A stretch of 63,891 nucleotides of DNA, counting the filler, from Octopus bimaculoides (lineage: Eukaryota), in assembly GCF_001194135.2 (NCBI RefSeq). It is 5 parts of 5 records of this genome, joined end to end, with 100 filler letters (N's around TTAATTAATTAA, not from the genome) between each part and the next. Parts side by side here need not be neighbours in the genome. Positions count along the whole stretch, not along the records: positions 29,616 to 57,543 come from NC_068981.1; 4 more parts are not named here. One strand, given 5' to 3'. The notes under the pieces are model-generated. The model saw nothing but the letters and a program-made list of their open reading frames with translations, had not been told where the DNA came from and ran no database searches. Shown in pieces: positions 36,905 to 50,215 of the stretch; the first letter of the stretch is position 1; every line of letters starts with the position of its first letter. Position numbers and translations under genes: made by a program.

Positions 36905-38449
36905 GAATACACACACACAGCACTACTGGAATTGAATCTAGTTTCGCCTACATCGGTAGGGCTTTTCAAGAATCACATGTTGCCAGCCACCATCTCTGTG
37001 ACATTGAAGTAAATGATGAGGTCAAATGTTAAGCTACTGGACTTGGTTAAATGAAATGGTACACGATTGTTTAATTGTTGTTTGAGTTGAAGCTATGATA
37101 GGTGCCATATAGTGAAATCAGACTTTATATCATGTATTTTCAGCATAAACTCAACATCCCAGCCATACTGGTGCACATAGTTATCTGAAATGAAACAGGT
37201 TTATGACATGAAATTATGTAGTTGAACACTTCAGTGCAACTTTTCATTCACCATATGAAATATATTTAACATGCTACTGCCTTACACTTATTTCCAAACC
37301 CAAACCCCCGCCCACACTTTTTATGTGATATTAGCAAATGAATGAAAGATTGAATATTATACAAAATGATTTGATCTCAGAATCTAAAAAGAAATAAGTA
37401 ATCACTATCTAATATATCTTTCACAGTCTCATATTCTATCATTGAATTGCTGCTTAGACTTAATATATTCTTAGGTAAGTATTAGCAGTGAGAAAATTGG
37501 TTGATAAATTGTTGCTTCTTTAAATAAATACGTAAGTAACATAGCATGAAATGAAACAAAATAAAATTGTCAGCTCTTAAGTTCCTAGCATTCTCTGTAA
37601 TTTTACAGGATTTCCATTCTATCTTATTTTCATGCACCGCTAAGCTATTTGGGATAAATAGCATGGATGAAATTCCTTAATAGAGATACATATTAATCTA
37701 AGATCTAATTATTATCATCAAAAGTTGCTTAACATTGCATAAACTCAAGATAATATAAATTTTGCTCTCATTGATAGGAAGCATTTCACTAAAATATTCT
37801 TCCTATCAATACATTTTACCATTTTCATATTTTTATGTTGTGTATTTTTTCTTATTAATATTACTACAACTACAAATACTACTACAAAAATGACAAAAAT
37901 AATAATAGAAATAACAACAATATTAATAATATTGATATTTTCTCATCGATTTATAACTTTTCAAATATCAGCATGGCATTTATGGGGCCCAAAAAATTGA
38001 TGTTCTTTTGTTCAAATGTACACATTTACAGAACATTTGCATAAGATTTATGGAAAATTTTCCAATCATCTCCAGTAAATTCTTCAAAAAGAAGCTTTGA
38101 AAATATTGTAAAGCTAATGACAGAGCATGAGATAATTGGTTAGTACAATGTACAGAAGATGCTTTGCTTATAGCAACAGCATAGGCATATAATGAAGTGT
38201 AGAGAAGAGAGTGAAAATTAATAACAGAGTAGAATATTACAAAATATTATAATCCAATATTATAACATAAAAGAGTAATATCAGTGTTGATACACGGGAG
38301 TATTGATGAAGTAATAGGATGATATTAATGTAGTCATTATAAAATATAGATATAGTAATGTAAAGTATTGACATAATAAAACAGTAGAGCCACATTTAAT
38401 AAAGTTTAAAATGGACAACTGCTCGAACCCTTTCATCATAATTTCTTAC

Positions 38450-38532
38450 AAAATGACGTGGAAGCAATTCGAAAACATTTCGTTGGTATCTAAACAAGGT
38501 ATCCCAACAAAATCTTTCATAATAATCGGCCC
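38450..38532 (-). other. Candidate internal exon (83 nt) of an unidentified transcript
   Basis: Acceptor ctatcctattttag and donor gtaaga. Two frames are open (ADYYERFCWDTLFRYQRNVFELLPRHF or GPIIMKDFVGIPCLDTNEMFSNCFHVI). No family recognised. Confidence 0.3.
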
Positions 38533-40904
38533 CTAAAATAGGATAGTGATATATATTATTGAAGAAAGTATCTGGAAAACTTTTCAGCAGGAAATTGATG
38601 ATTTAATTTCATTCAGCTGCAGCAAGACACAGTTGTTGCACATTTTAAGGAAATGCTCTGACTACGCTACACCCACATATAAAATACATTTCTAAAACCT
38701 TCACAAACTTTACAAAGTCTCACAAATTTTAATGACTTTTCTTGGTTATATTTTTTCTATGACAATCAAAGGCATCACCACAAAGCTGTGGTTTTCTTTT
38801 TTTAACCCAGAAAATGTTTGAGCTCTGAATACCTTTTGGACATATACAAAACAAATATCGCCTACATGAGAAAACTACTCCCAATTCTATGATAAAGCAA
38901 CATGGATTTATATTCAAGAGTGAATTAAGTAATTCTTTCTACAATAAGCAGAAGGTTAGCAATTTAAGAGAGGGGGTTAGTCAGTTACAATGACCCCAGT
39001 ACTTTATTTTGTCTTTATTTTGTCCACACCAAAGGGATGGGAGGCTAAGTTAACCCTGGCAAGATTTGAACTCAGAGTGTTAAGAGCCAGGAGAAATGCC
39101 ACTGATTATATTTTCTGATGTGCTAATGGCTTAACAGTGAATTAAATAATACAAGCCAACTTTATGGAAAATCCATTCTCCTCAACATGCTTTTATCATT
39201 AATACACAAATGTGCTGCATTCTTTTGCCTCTTGTACAGCTTGAAGTCTTAAATATTATACCATGTACTTGTTTTACCCTATCATGCTCATGTCAATAAT
39301 TCCTGTGTTGTGATTTGTATTATGCAATTTTCCAACCTTATATTTCTAGAATTATAATTCTCTGCATCTCCCTCAATCCTTTAGTTTTCCATACAACCAT
39401 CAATTAATATGTAAAAAACCTTTTACTGGAAAACCAATTGCACTGACTCCACCAATCTGAAGGATTCAGCTTTTTAAGCTAAATTTAAAAATTAGTAATT
39501 TCAAGTTGTGATATAAAGTGCTAATTTAAAACTTTATATAAGAAGCTATTATTATACCAGTATAGATCAATAGCCAAGTAATATGGAATGCTTAATTTTA
39601 TAACATTGGAATAAAATTATATTGCTGTTATAACATAATAAAATCTTTAATAAGAGATGTGGTGTGATAGTTCATTGGGTTGGTTGGATGCTGCTGATCT
39701 TCTGGTTTAAAAATTTGGTTTATATCCATTCCATCTGCAATGATGTTGTTCTCTATTCTAATCACAATATATTTAACCCTTGCAGGTCCAAGTTACATAA
39801 TAGTAAACAAGCTTGAAGAAGAGATATGACTCTCACTGCTGGTATCAAACAGTTTGCTGTATAATTAATGAGAGTTTTATTAGCTTGCAGAGTAAAGATA
39901 AAATTCTCCCATAAAGATAGCCAGGACATATCATAGAATTACTATATGAAGATGTTAAGTAGCGTTCTTATAAAACAATAGGTTATACGACTCACTTTTG
40001 TTTTCATACTAGACTACTAAGCAAACAACTGTCTGGACATAAGAGGTTTAAAGGCAATAACTCCTATTATTAATCAGAAAATATTAGATCTTAGCATAAC
40101 ATATAGCAGTCAACATATCAATCCAGGGTATGTGGCTTGGAAGAGATATTTAATGTCAATATTACTCAATATTACTCAAATATTTGGCATCAAAAATACC
40201 ATATTGTTGCTGTAGAAACAAACAAGTACAGATGAGCAATCATCTCCCATTCCATTACATAATCAAAAGAAACGATATTTGACATGGTGCTAACCAGTTA
40301 GTTAACAAATGGAAATAAAAGGAAAAATTTTGGTACATGTCAGTATTTAAGTGTATTTTGCTCTACTGAACTATTATAGCCACCAACATCAAAAGAAAAA
40401 TGTGCTACTATGTAACTATGTGTTTATGAAGTATTGCAGAATTTTATCTTTTGCTTTTTTCATATTGTTATGTGTTACATTTTTCATGTCATGGTATAAT
40501 GTTTTGAATAATCCAAAGATTGCACAATATATATACACAATAACTTATTTAAAAAACATTTTGAAAAAAAGAATCTGTCGTACTTTTTAAATAATTTTAT
40601 TAAATAACTATTTAGATTTCTTTGTTTTAAAAGATATAACAGCAATGAGGTACTCTTATAGAATCATGCTTGTTTAAGACATTGTAGTACTTTAGTAATG
40701 CAGACTGCTTAGTGTTTCCTAAACTGCAATGTTTAAAATTAATTTTAAGTACTACTTGTAGACATTACAATATATGTACCTTTTCATGTTCATTTTAATT
40801 CTTCCCTCAATAAGTGATAATCTTGTTCATCTTTTACAACAATAACGCCGTCTTTGATGTTGTCATATCTATAGACAATGGTCAGCAACAATATATTAAA
40901 AAGT

Positions 40905-41120
40905 AATAGCAAGTTGGCAGAAATGTTAGCATGCTGGGCAAAATACTTAGTGGTATTTTGTCTGTCTCTATGTTCTGAGTTCAAATTCCACCAAGGTAGA
41001 CTTTGCTTTTTATCCTTTCGGGGTAAATAGATTAATTACCAGTTGCATACTGTGGTTGATCTAATTAACTGGCTCGCTCCCTGAAAATTTTGGGCCTTGT
41101 GCCTAGAGTAGAAAAAAGTA
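40905..41120 (+). mobile_element. tRNA SINE, CpG-decayed
   Basis: aagttggcagaaatgttagcatgctgggcaaaatacttagtggtattttgtc...ccttgtgcctagagtagaaa. Confidence 0.85.
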
Positions 41121-41786
41121 TATTAAAGAGTACCACTAGACTTAATACAATGATCATAGTATAGTATGCTGCTGGTCATTTTAACAAATAACAAAGAATA
41201 ATTTATCCCTGGTTAACCTTATAACCTATTTTTTTGCCTCTTTTTCACTGAAAATACAATAGCAATTCAGCCAATGCTAATCGTACCCTGAAATACTTAT
41301 CTTCAGCACTTACCCCACTATCTAATGTTTCAGGTTTATCACAAAGTGGACTATCTTACATCATTTTAGTGACTTAAATTTTGATTAATCAATAAAGTTA
41401 ATGTCAGTATCAATAGGCATTAAAAAAGCATTTTCTGAGCTCATCTTCATTTACTTATTTACTTACTTTTTACTTCAGTGTTTTTTATTAATTGCACAGC
41501 TGGGGTATAAATGATAGGAATGAAACATAAAAGAACCTAATAACATACAGGAACTTTGATCAACCAATACGGCTATACCATTATACAATTGCGTTAGTTT
41601 CAGTACAATCTTAAATCAAGCCACTAACCAAACAAGTACTATAAAAATGTAATATANNNNNNNNNNNNNNNNNNNNNNNNNNNNNNNNNNNNNNNNNNNN
41701 NNNNNNNNNNNNNNNNNNNNNNNNNNNNNNNNNNNNNNNNNNNNNNNNNNNNNNNNNNNNNNNNNNNNNNNNNNNNNNNNNNNNNN

Positions 41787-41819
<33 letters not shown>

Positions 41820-42349
41820 GAACAGCTGTCTTTTTAAACATGTTATAATGAAAGTATAACTGTTTCTATATATCTTTTTTAGTACAGTTTTTTGTGCTTA
41901 TTTAATAGTCCTTTGTGTTTAGTTTTCGAGCAATAAATTGTCTGGTTCATGAATGTTTTTAAACCTCTGTCATATTTTCTAGGTGAAGTATTAGTTATTT
42001 CACCCAGAAACTAAAACCAATAACTACTTCATTTAGATAAGATTGAGATTTTTCATCTTTGGTCTCATCATCTAGGTGAGATGGTTATATTATTGATCAT
42101 TGAAATTTCAGTATTCTAGGTGAATGGCTACTGCCTTTTAATAGTACGCAAGAGTCAAGGTAATGATGTTTTGCTATATATATAGTCTTCCTATTCTTTT
42201 ATTGGGGGTTTTGTCAATAAATGACCATATTCACAAGAGACAGGATATTATGGTGTTGTGTGACATGAAAATGTCACTTCATCCTTACCTTTTTTACAAC
42301 AGAAATAAAAGTCCCATAGTTTGCAGTTTTCCCAACAGTTTCTTCTCTA

Positions 42350-45306
42350 GCACTCATTAGTGTAATGTGTTCTGTGTGTGCAAAATGAAATATCTTTCTT
42401 TAAAAATTTCATTTCAAAGCCATGAAGTTTCTCATTTTCACTTTCACTATCTAGCATCCAAGCTGCACACCTTTTGTTATTGTCCTTTCCTAAGTATTTA
42501 AATTCACCAACTTGTTTAAACATCATTCCTGATATTTCAATTGGATTAGACTTGTAGTGAGACAAAAAAGAGCTATTTTGTCATGGTGACATAGCACAGT
42601 CATGCTATGGCCACTTCATCCAATTAGAGCTGGTTGCGGAAGGATACATGCAGCAACTTCCACCCAGCAATACAAATAGCTAAACCAGTTGCAGATTTGA
42701 TGGCCAAGAAGTAACAACACTTTTTTCAACATGGCACATCTATGTTCACTGCCAGCTTAGAGAGTTGAAGCATTGATGGCCCTAGAACAACATCACCCTT
42801 TCTGCTAAGTGACAATTACAGTGTTCACTACCAATGTCATGCAACTCCTTTCACTTATATCTATTTTCATTCTGTGGCATATAAACTACTCAAATGAAAA
42901 ACATCGTAAGTCATGCAAAATTCATTCATGTCTTGCTACACCAATTGTTTAACATTCACTCACAAACTAAAAAAATAATTCTTATTGCTTCTTGTGAGTA
43001 CTTGTTACTCTTCAAAAATAAATTTTAATGTTATATACACTCTACCTTCTGACTTTCTTTACACACACTGTCACAGAACACTCACATTAAATTACTGACA
43101 ATGCGCATGTTATACTGCTTCCTGTTACATTGGTGACTACCCTCTAAAGACTAATTGTAACTACTTTGCTTTTGCAGTCCTTATTTCCATTCCACATCTT
43201 CCATTTATATCAAAAAATATTGTTAAATCACAATGTTTTTCTTCATTATATTCTATTAAACAAATAACATTGGCAAAACATTTACTAATGACCTACCTTC
43301 TAACTTCGCCTCTCCTTCAAAATACTCAAGGCTTTAGTTGTTATGTATTTTAAAAGCTCTTGTTTGACACCAAACTGATTTTTGAAGTCAGTTACTTGGT
43401 CAATTTCCAATTATAATCAGATTTTTTGCATGTTCACATAAGGACTTTTAAAATGGTTGCACTCAGTCAAAAGCTTTTGCAATGTTAATGAAATTGTAAT
43501 AAAAGTTTGATGAGTGTTCAAAGTATTTTTTGATTAATGCTACACAATAGAGTTTTTCCCATTTCAGAAACTATTAGTGTTTCACCTAAATACTATATTT
43601 ATTGTTGGATTCATTCAAGCAGGTTAAACATAATGGAAAAGCTTGCTTGGATAGATAATTAAACTAATTGCACTATTGTTTTTGTATTTTTTTAATATTT
43701 CTCTTCTTTGGCAGTGGTCTAACAATTGATTCTGTCCATTTAGCAGGCCATTCTCCAGCATTTAAAACACTATTACAAATTTTGCCAAGAATCTCAGCGA
43801 TATATTCACAACTCTGCTTTAATAGTTCAGTATTTATGTTATCTTTTTCTGATGATTTATGACATATAGTTTCCTAATTGCTTTGGTAGCTTCTTCTGAA
43901 GTGATTTCTAGCTCTTGCTATATATATTAACTGGTAGCACAGGGATGGGTGTTTAGTTAAGAAGTTCACTCTGCTATCTCAAGGTCTTGGGTTCAGTCTC
44001 ACTGTGCAGCAACTTATGCAAGAATTCTATGTGACAATCTCGGGCTGACAAAGCCTTTTGAGTGAATTTGACAGGTGGAAGCTAAGGAGAAGCCTGTTGT
44101 ACATATGTATGTGTGTATGCATGTATGTGTGTATGTATGTATATATGTATGTATAGATAGATAGAGAGAGAGAGAGAGAGGGAGGGAGAGAGAGACAGAC
44201 AGATAGGTAGAATGATAGATAAATAGATACATAGAATATACATATATATATGTACAAGGTTGAGGAGGGTATTGGATTTAACCAAACCCAAAAAGATACA
44301 GGTAATACCGAGTAAGTGCTGTATACCGACTAGTTATGCCCCAGTCGTTGTATGAACAGGATTGGGGATTATAAGTTGTGTATTAGCGTGTGTATGTATA
44401 AATATATAAAAAGATAAAGAGAGCAATGGTAAAGTTGGAAATATATTTTATGGATAGAAAATATATTTCCAACTTTACCATTGCTCTCTTTATCTTTTTA
44501 TATATTTATACATATATATATGTATCTATATATATCTCTATCTATCTATCTATCTATCTATCATCATCATAGGTGAGGGTTAGCGACAACAAGAGCACCC
44601 GACTAGAAAATCTACCTCAATGAAATCCACTTGACCCATGAAAATTAGACCAAAAAAGATAACGATGATGATGATGATGAAGAAGATAACGACGATGATT
44701 ATGATGGCGACAATGAGAATGAGGATGATGCTGATGATTATGATGATACTGATAAAGATGTTTATGACAATGTTGATGATGAGGATGATGACAACGACGA
44801 CGGTGATGACGACGATGATGCTGACGATGCTGATGATAATGCTGATGTTGATTATACTATACATCTCTACTTTCTCTCTGTAAAGTTCATCACAATATTC
44901 TCTCCATCTATCAATTACTTCAATTGCTTTCAATTTATTATTTATTTTCAACAACTTGACATTTAGGCACCCATTCTTTGGTTAGATCTTTAACCATTTA
45001 CTGTGCAGTTTTAAGTTAGTTGCTCTATAACATCCTTCTATTTCTTCACATCTTTTGTTAATCCATGTATTTTTTGCTACCTTAATCTTCATTTTTCTTT
45101 TGCAATGTGCCAATCGGTAATCTATTTCTGCTGTTTTGTTTTCATATCGTTTCTGATCCAGATCTCTCTTCCTTCATCATAACTGATTAAAACATTGTTA
45201 TTTATATCCCAGGATTCTTAACTTCCTTCCTTTTACCAAGAATTCTGTCAGCTGTTTGTGTTATTATTTCTTCAGAGATTCCTCTTAATTCTCTATTATA
45301 TGCATC

Positions 45307-45342
<36 letters not shown>

Positions 45343-46148
45343 CAATGATAATGATAATGGCAGTCATGACAATAATGATGATAATGTCAGTGGTTGTAAT
45401 GGTTGCAGTGATGGTAGTGATGGTGGTGGTGGTGATGGTGAAGGTGACGACTATGATGATGATAATGTCGATGATGATGGTGATGTGATGGCTATGACAC
45501 TGATGAAAATGTTGGTGGTGGTGGAGGTGATGGTGATGGTGATGACTACGACGATGATGTTGATCATACTAATGTGAATTATTTTCCTCCTATCTCTGAT
45601 TTATATTCTGCCATTATGTTCAGGTCATTAAATTTTTTTTCAAGATCACCTTCAATTTTTCTTTTGGCATTTTTGCATTTTTTTTACTCCTCTTGACTGA
45701 TCTGAACTTAATTGTTATTGTCATGTCATTATTNNNNNNNNNNNNNNNNNNNNNNNNNNNNNNNNNNNNNNNNNNNNNNNNNNNNNNNNNNNNNNNNNNN
45801 NNNNNNNNNNNNNNNNNNNNNNNNNNNNNNNNNNNNNNNNNNNNNNNNNNNNNNNNNNNNNNNNNNNNNNNNNNNNNNNNNNNNNNNNNNNNNNNNNNNN
45901 NNNNNNNNNNNNNNNNNNNNNNNNNNNNNNNNNNNNNNNNNNNNNNNNNNNNNNNNNNNNNNNNNNNNNNNNNNNNNNNNNNNNNNNNNNNNNNNNNNNN
46001 NNNNNNNNNNNNNNNNNNNNNNNNNNNNNNNNNNNNNNNNNNNNNNNNNNNNNNNNNNNNNNNNNNNNNNNNNNNNNNNNNNNNNNNNNNNNNNNNNNNN
46101 NNNNNNNNNNNNNNNNNNNNNNNNNNNNNNNNNNNNNNNNNNNNNNNN

Positions 46149-46189
<41 letters not shown>

Positions 46190-46560
46190 ATTTCTTTTTA
46201 TGTTTTCTTCACAAGTTATTTCACATAGATTTTGTCAAAATTTTTCCACTTCTTCCTCATTGTAATCATTTGTTGGAGCATAAATTTGGATGATTAACAT
46301 ATTGTATAGCTTGGGTGCTGGTCGTGTTGTGCATTTTTTTGGTTAAAAACCAGAACACAATATATTACTGAATTTAAGATATTTTTATGCACCATGAAAA
46401 CTACACCCATTTTATGCTTATTTTCCTTCATGCTAATCCTAATTTTATGTCCATTATCTCTCATAAATTCTCCACATGTTGTCCATCATGTTTCAGTTAT
46501 ATCTATAATATTCCAAGTGTATCTCTCCATCTTACATATATTAGGTATTTGACTTTTCCA
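42350..46560 (-). mobile_element. Ancient RTE-like LINE in collinear fragments (APE to thumb), interrupted by younger repeats and a gap
   Basis: Minus-strand order: YTWNIIDITET*W...GHKI...GVVFMV (46560-46350), IIQIYAPTND (46300), DRWREYCDELY (44900), LNAGEWPAKWTESIVRPLPKK (43720), NIAKAFD (43480), FKQVGEFKYLG...GFEMKFL (42520-42400). Confidence 0.75.
44393..44514. repeat. Perfect 57-bp inverted repeat with an 8-nt loop
   Basis: 44393-44449 is the exact reverse complement of 44458-44514. Confidence 0.95.
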
Positions 46561-47354
46561 GATTGTTAAAGTGTTTCTTCTACATTCTAAGATGTAGATG
46601 TGTGGTTAAGAAGCATGCCTCCAAACCATGTGGTCTTAGGTTCAATCCCACTGTGCAGCAGCTTAAGCAAGTGTCTCTTATTACAGCTCTAGATAGACCA
46701 AAGTCTTGTGAACTGATATGGCAGAAGGAAACTGGAAGAAGCCTGTTATATATATATATGTGTGTGTGTTTGTGTGTACCCATATCTTGACATCATATGA
46801 TAGTTGCAGACAAGCANNNNNNNNNNNNNNNNNNNNNNNNNNNNNNNNNNNNNNNNNNNNNNNNNNNNNNNNNNNNNNNNNNNNNNNNNNNNNNNNNNNN
46901 NNNNNNNNNNNNNNNNNNNNNNNNNNNNNNNNNNNNNNNNNNNNNNNNNNNNNNNNNNNNATGGCAGAAGGAAACTGGAAGAAGCCTGTTATATATATAT
47001 ATGTGTGTGTGTTTGTGTGTACCCATATCTTGACATCATATGATAGTTGCAGACAAGCATCCTTGAGGAGGTAAGGTGATTACATCGACCAGTGCTCTAC
47101 TGGTACTTATTTTATTGATCCTGAACAAATGAAAGGCAAAGCCGACCTTGGCAGAATTTGAACCTGGAATGTGAAGATGGATGAAATGTCACTAAGCATT
47201 TTCCCCAGGGTGCAAACGATTCTGCCAGCTCACTACCTTAGATATAATAATAATAATAATAATATCCTTTCTATTATAGGCACAAGGCCAGAAATTTGGC
47301 AGGAGGGGACTAGTCAATTGCATTGACCCCAGTGTTTCATTGGTACTTAATTTA

Positions 47355-48495
47355 TCCTTTCATCCTCTTCAAGACTAACACACAACACTTTCTCAGTCCG
47401 AACTCTATTCTGATATCAGCACTGAAAGTATACACTGTATCAACAAGGGAACTGACTTGGGCTTCATCTTTACCATAAAGTTTGAGGTCATCCATGAATA
47501 ACAAATGTTTGACTTTTTGTTGGTAGCTTTTGAATACATACCCAGCTTTTGCTTTCTTCAGAATCTGTGTTAGTGGTATCAAGCACAGTACAAAGATCAG
47601 TGAGGACAGGCAGTCCCCTTGGAAGATGCCCCTCCTGATTTCTACTGTCCCTAAACTTTTTCTGTATGCTGTCAGGTCCGTCCTCCAATTCACCATACTT
47701 TTTTCAAGCAACTACTCAACATTCAATGAAATATTAAATAGGTTCATACATTCCATTATCCAAGAATGTAGGATCATATCGGAGGCCTTACGATAGTCAA
47801 TCTATGACATGGCTAAGTTACTGTTCCTCCTCTTGCAGTCTCTAAGTACAGTTTTGTCTAACAGGAGTTGATCCTTGGTATCTCTGCACTTACACTTGCA
47901 AGCCTTCTGCTCATGTAGCAGGACCCCATTTTTTCCAGATATTTGTACATTGATTCTACGAGTATTCCACTCAATAATTTCCACATAAGTGACAAACAGG
48001 ATATCAGCCTGTAATTGTCTACTGTATTGCCTTTTTTGATGTTTTTCAAGCTCAGCACTGACCTAGCCAATATCAACCATTCTGGTATTACTTGGCCAGC
48101 ATTTAACAAATAACAACTATTTGTGCATGACATTCACCAAATCTTTTGATCCAATAGCCTTGAACTCCATCTGGTCCTGGGGCCTTCCAGTTGCTAATTT
48201 TCTTGTTGATTATTTTCACTTTCCTAAGTGAAATGACTAGTTCTGCCTTGTTTTGGACACACTACTGTTTGTTTCAGTTCTTGCAACCATTCAGCATCCC
48301 TCATGTGCTCCTTGTCTTTGTTCCAGATGTCACTCCAAAACCTTTGACTTTCATTGATATCTGGTATCAACATTTCATCTGTACACTCTTCATTTATTTC
48401 TTTATAGGATCTCTTCTAATCTACTCTGAATAACCTATTCTGGTGGTAACCCTTCATTCTTTGGTTGTATCTTACCATCTTTGCTTTCTTTGCGG
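47355..48495 (-). mobile_element. R4/Dong-type LINE, inverted 5' segment (RT domains)
   Basis: [65 protein letters not shown] and LLFMDDLKLY. Confidence 0.9.
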
Positions 48496-49738
48496 GGTAC
48501 TTGCACAAACTGAGACTGATCCTTAAGTCGAAATTAAATGGACGGAATAAGATTGAAGCTATCAACACCTGGGCAGTTTCAATCCTTAGATATGGAGCAG
48601 GGATAAATGCATGGACAGTAGACCAACTAAACACCTTAGACAGAAAGACATGGAAGTTGCTAACTCGATATGGGACACTCCACCCAAAAAGTAACACAGG
48701 CAGACTGTATGTACCAAGAAAAATAAGGGGAAGAGGATTGATTGGATGCGAACACAGCATTAGAGCAGAAGAAAACAATATAGCATGGTATGTAAAAAAT
48801 GCCACAGAACCGCTATTATTAGAAGTAAGAAGGTCAAGCTTGTGTAGGATGAAAGATTGCAAAGATAAAGCACTATACAAGCAACTAAAAACGAATGAAA
48901 CTGAAAATAGGTGGGTAAAGAAAAGAATGCATGGACAATTTCATAGGGATGCTGAAGATAAAGCAGACAGAGGAAAAGGATGGCTGTGGATGACTATAAG
49001 TGATTTAAAATCGGAAACGGAGACTCTAATCTGTGCTGCCCAAGAGCAAGCACTAAGAACAAACTACATAAAATACAGAATAGACAACATGTCAGAAAGT
49101 GATAAGTGCAGAATCTGTGGAAAAATGGTGAAACTGTATGGCATATTACCAGCCAATGTATACCACTAGCCCCGAAGGAATATAAGAGACGCCGCGACAA
49201 TATAGCAAGGCTTGTCCATTGGACACTTTGTAACCAGTATGAACTTGACAGAGCAAAAAATTGGTACGACCACACATCCAAAAGCACCATTGAAAATGAT
49301 AATGCAAAGATCCTGTGGTATTTTATGATTCAGTGCGACCATGAGATAGAGAATAGGAAGCCAGACATAGTCTTAATTGAAAAAGAAAACAAACTATGCT
49401 GGATCATAGATACAGCATGCCCAGCTGACAAGGTATGCGATAAGAAAGAAAGAAAAGTTGAGAGGTATGAGAGGTTAGCTTGGGAGGTTAAGTAGTTGTG
49501 GTCGATGAAAATGGTGGTAGTAGCACCAATAATTGTCGGAGCCCTGGGAACAGTAAGTGAAAATCTCGAGAAGTACATGGAAGAAATAGGGGCTGCAATA
49601 AGGATGGAGCACTTGCAGAAAACAACACTGCTTGGAACTGCTCGAATACTCCGGAAAATAAGAGGTGTTACCTTAGTTCACTGATAGTGAACAGCTGACA
49701 CCGTAGTACATCTCCAGCATTAGAAGCTGTGCAAAGAA

Positions 49739-49773
<35 letters not shown>
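48496..49773 (+). mobile_element. R4/Dong-type LINE, direct 3' segment (thumb, CCHC knuckle, REL endonuclease, (TAA)n tail)
   Basis: YLHKLRLILKSKLNGRNKIEAINTWAV, LYVPRKIRGRGL, ETETLICAAQEQALRT, CRICGK..ETVWHITSQC, RKPDIVLIEK...IDTACP and PIIVGALG, then (TAA)n. Confidence 0.9.
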
Positions 49774-49774
<1 letters not shown>

Positions 49775-49775
<1 letters not shown>

Positions 49776-50215
49776 GTTTCTACTAAAGGCACAAGACCTG
49801 AAATTTAAGGGTTGAGAATAGTCAATTACATCAACCCCAGTGTTTCACTGGTACTTAATTTATCAACTGCAAAAAGCAAAATCGATCTCAGCGAAATTTG
49901 GACACAGAATGTAAAGATGGATGAAATGCCACTAAGCTTTTTGCCCAACATACTAACAATTCGAACTCACAGCCTAATAGCAATAACAATAATAACAATA
50001 ACAACAATAATAATAATAATAATAGTGTCAACTTTTGGCACAAAGTCATAACTTTTAGAGGTGGGTTAAGTCGATTACATCAGCCACACAGTGGTCTACT
50101 GGTACTTATTTTATTAACCCCAGAAGGATGAAAGTCGATCTTGGCAGAATTTGAAGTCAGAATGTGAAGACTGACAAAATACTTGCTAACAGTTCAGCCA
50201 GCTTGCTACCTTAAT
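49775..50215 (-). mobile_element. Two tandem SINE copies, CpG-decayed
   Basis: Both show ggtactta...gcagaatttgaa/gaaatttggacacagaatgt on the plus strand. Confidence 0.8.

Noticed and set aside
46715-47058. About 100-bp direct repeat on either side of an N gap
   Set aside because: Identical sequence flanking a gap is typical of unmerged contig overlap, not a biological duplication.
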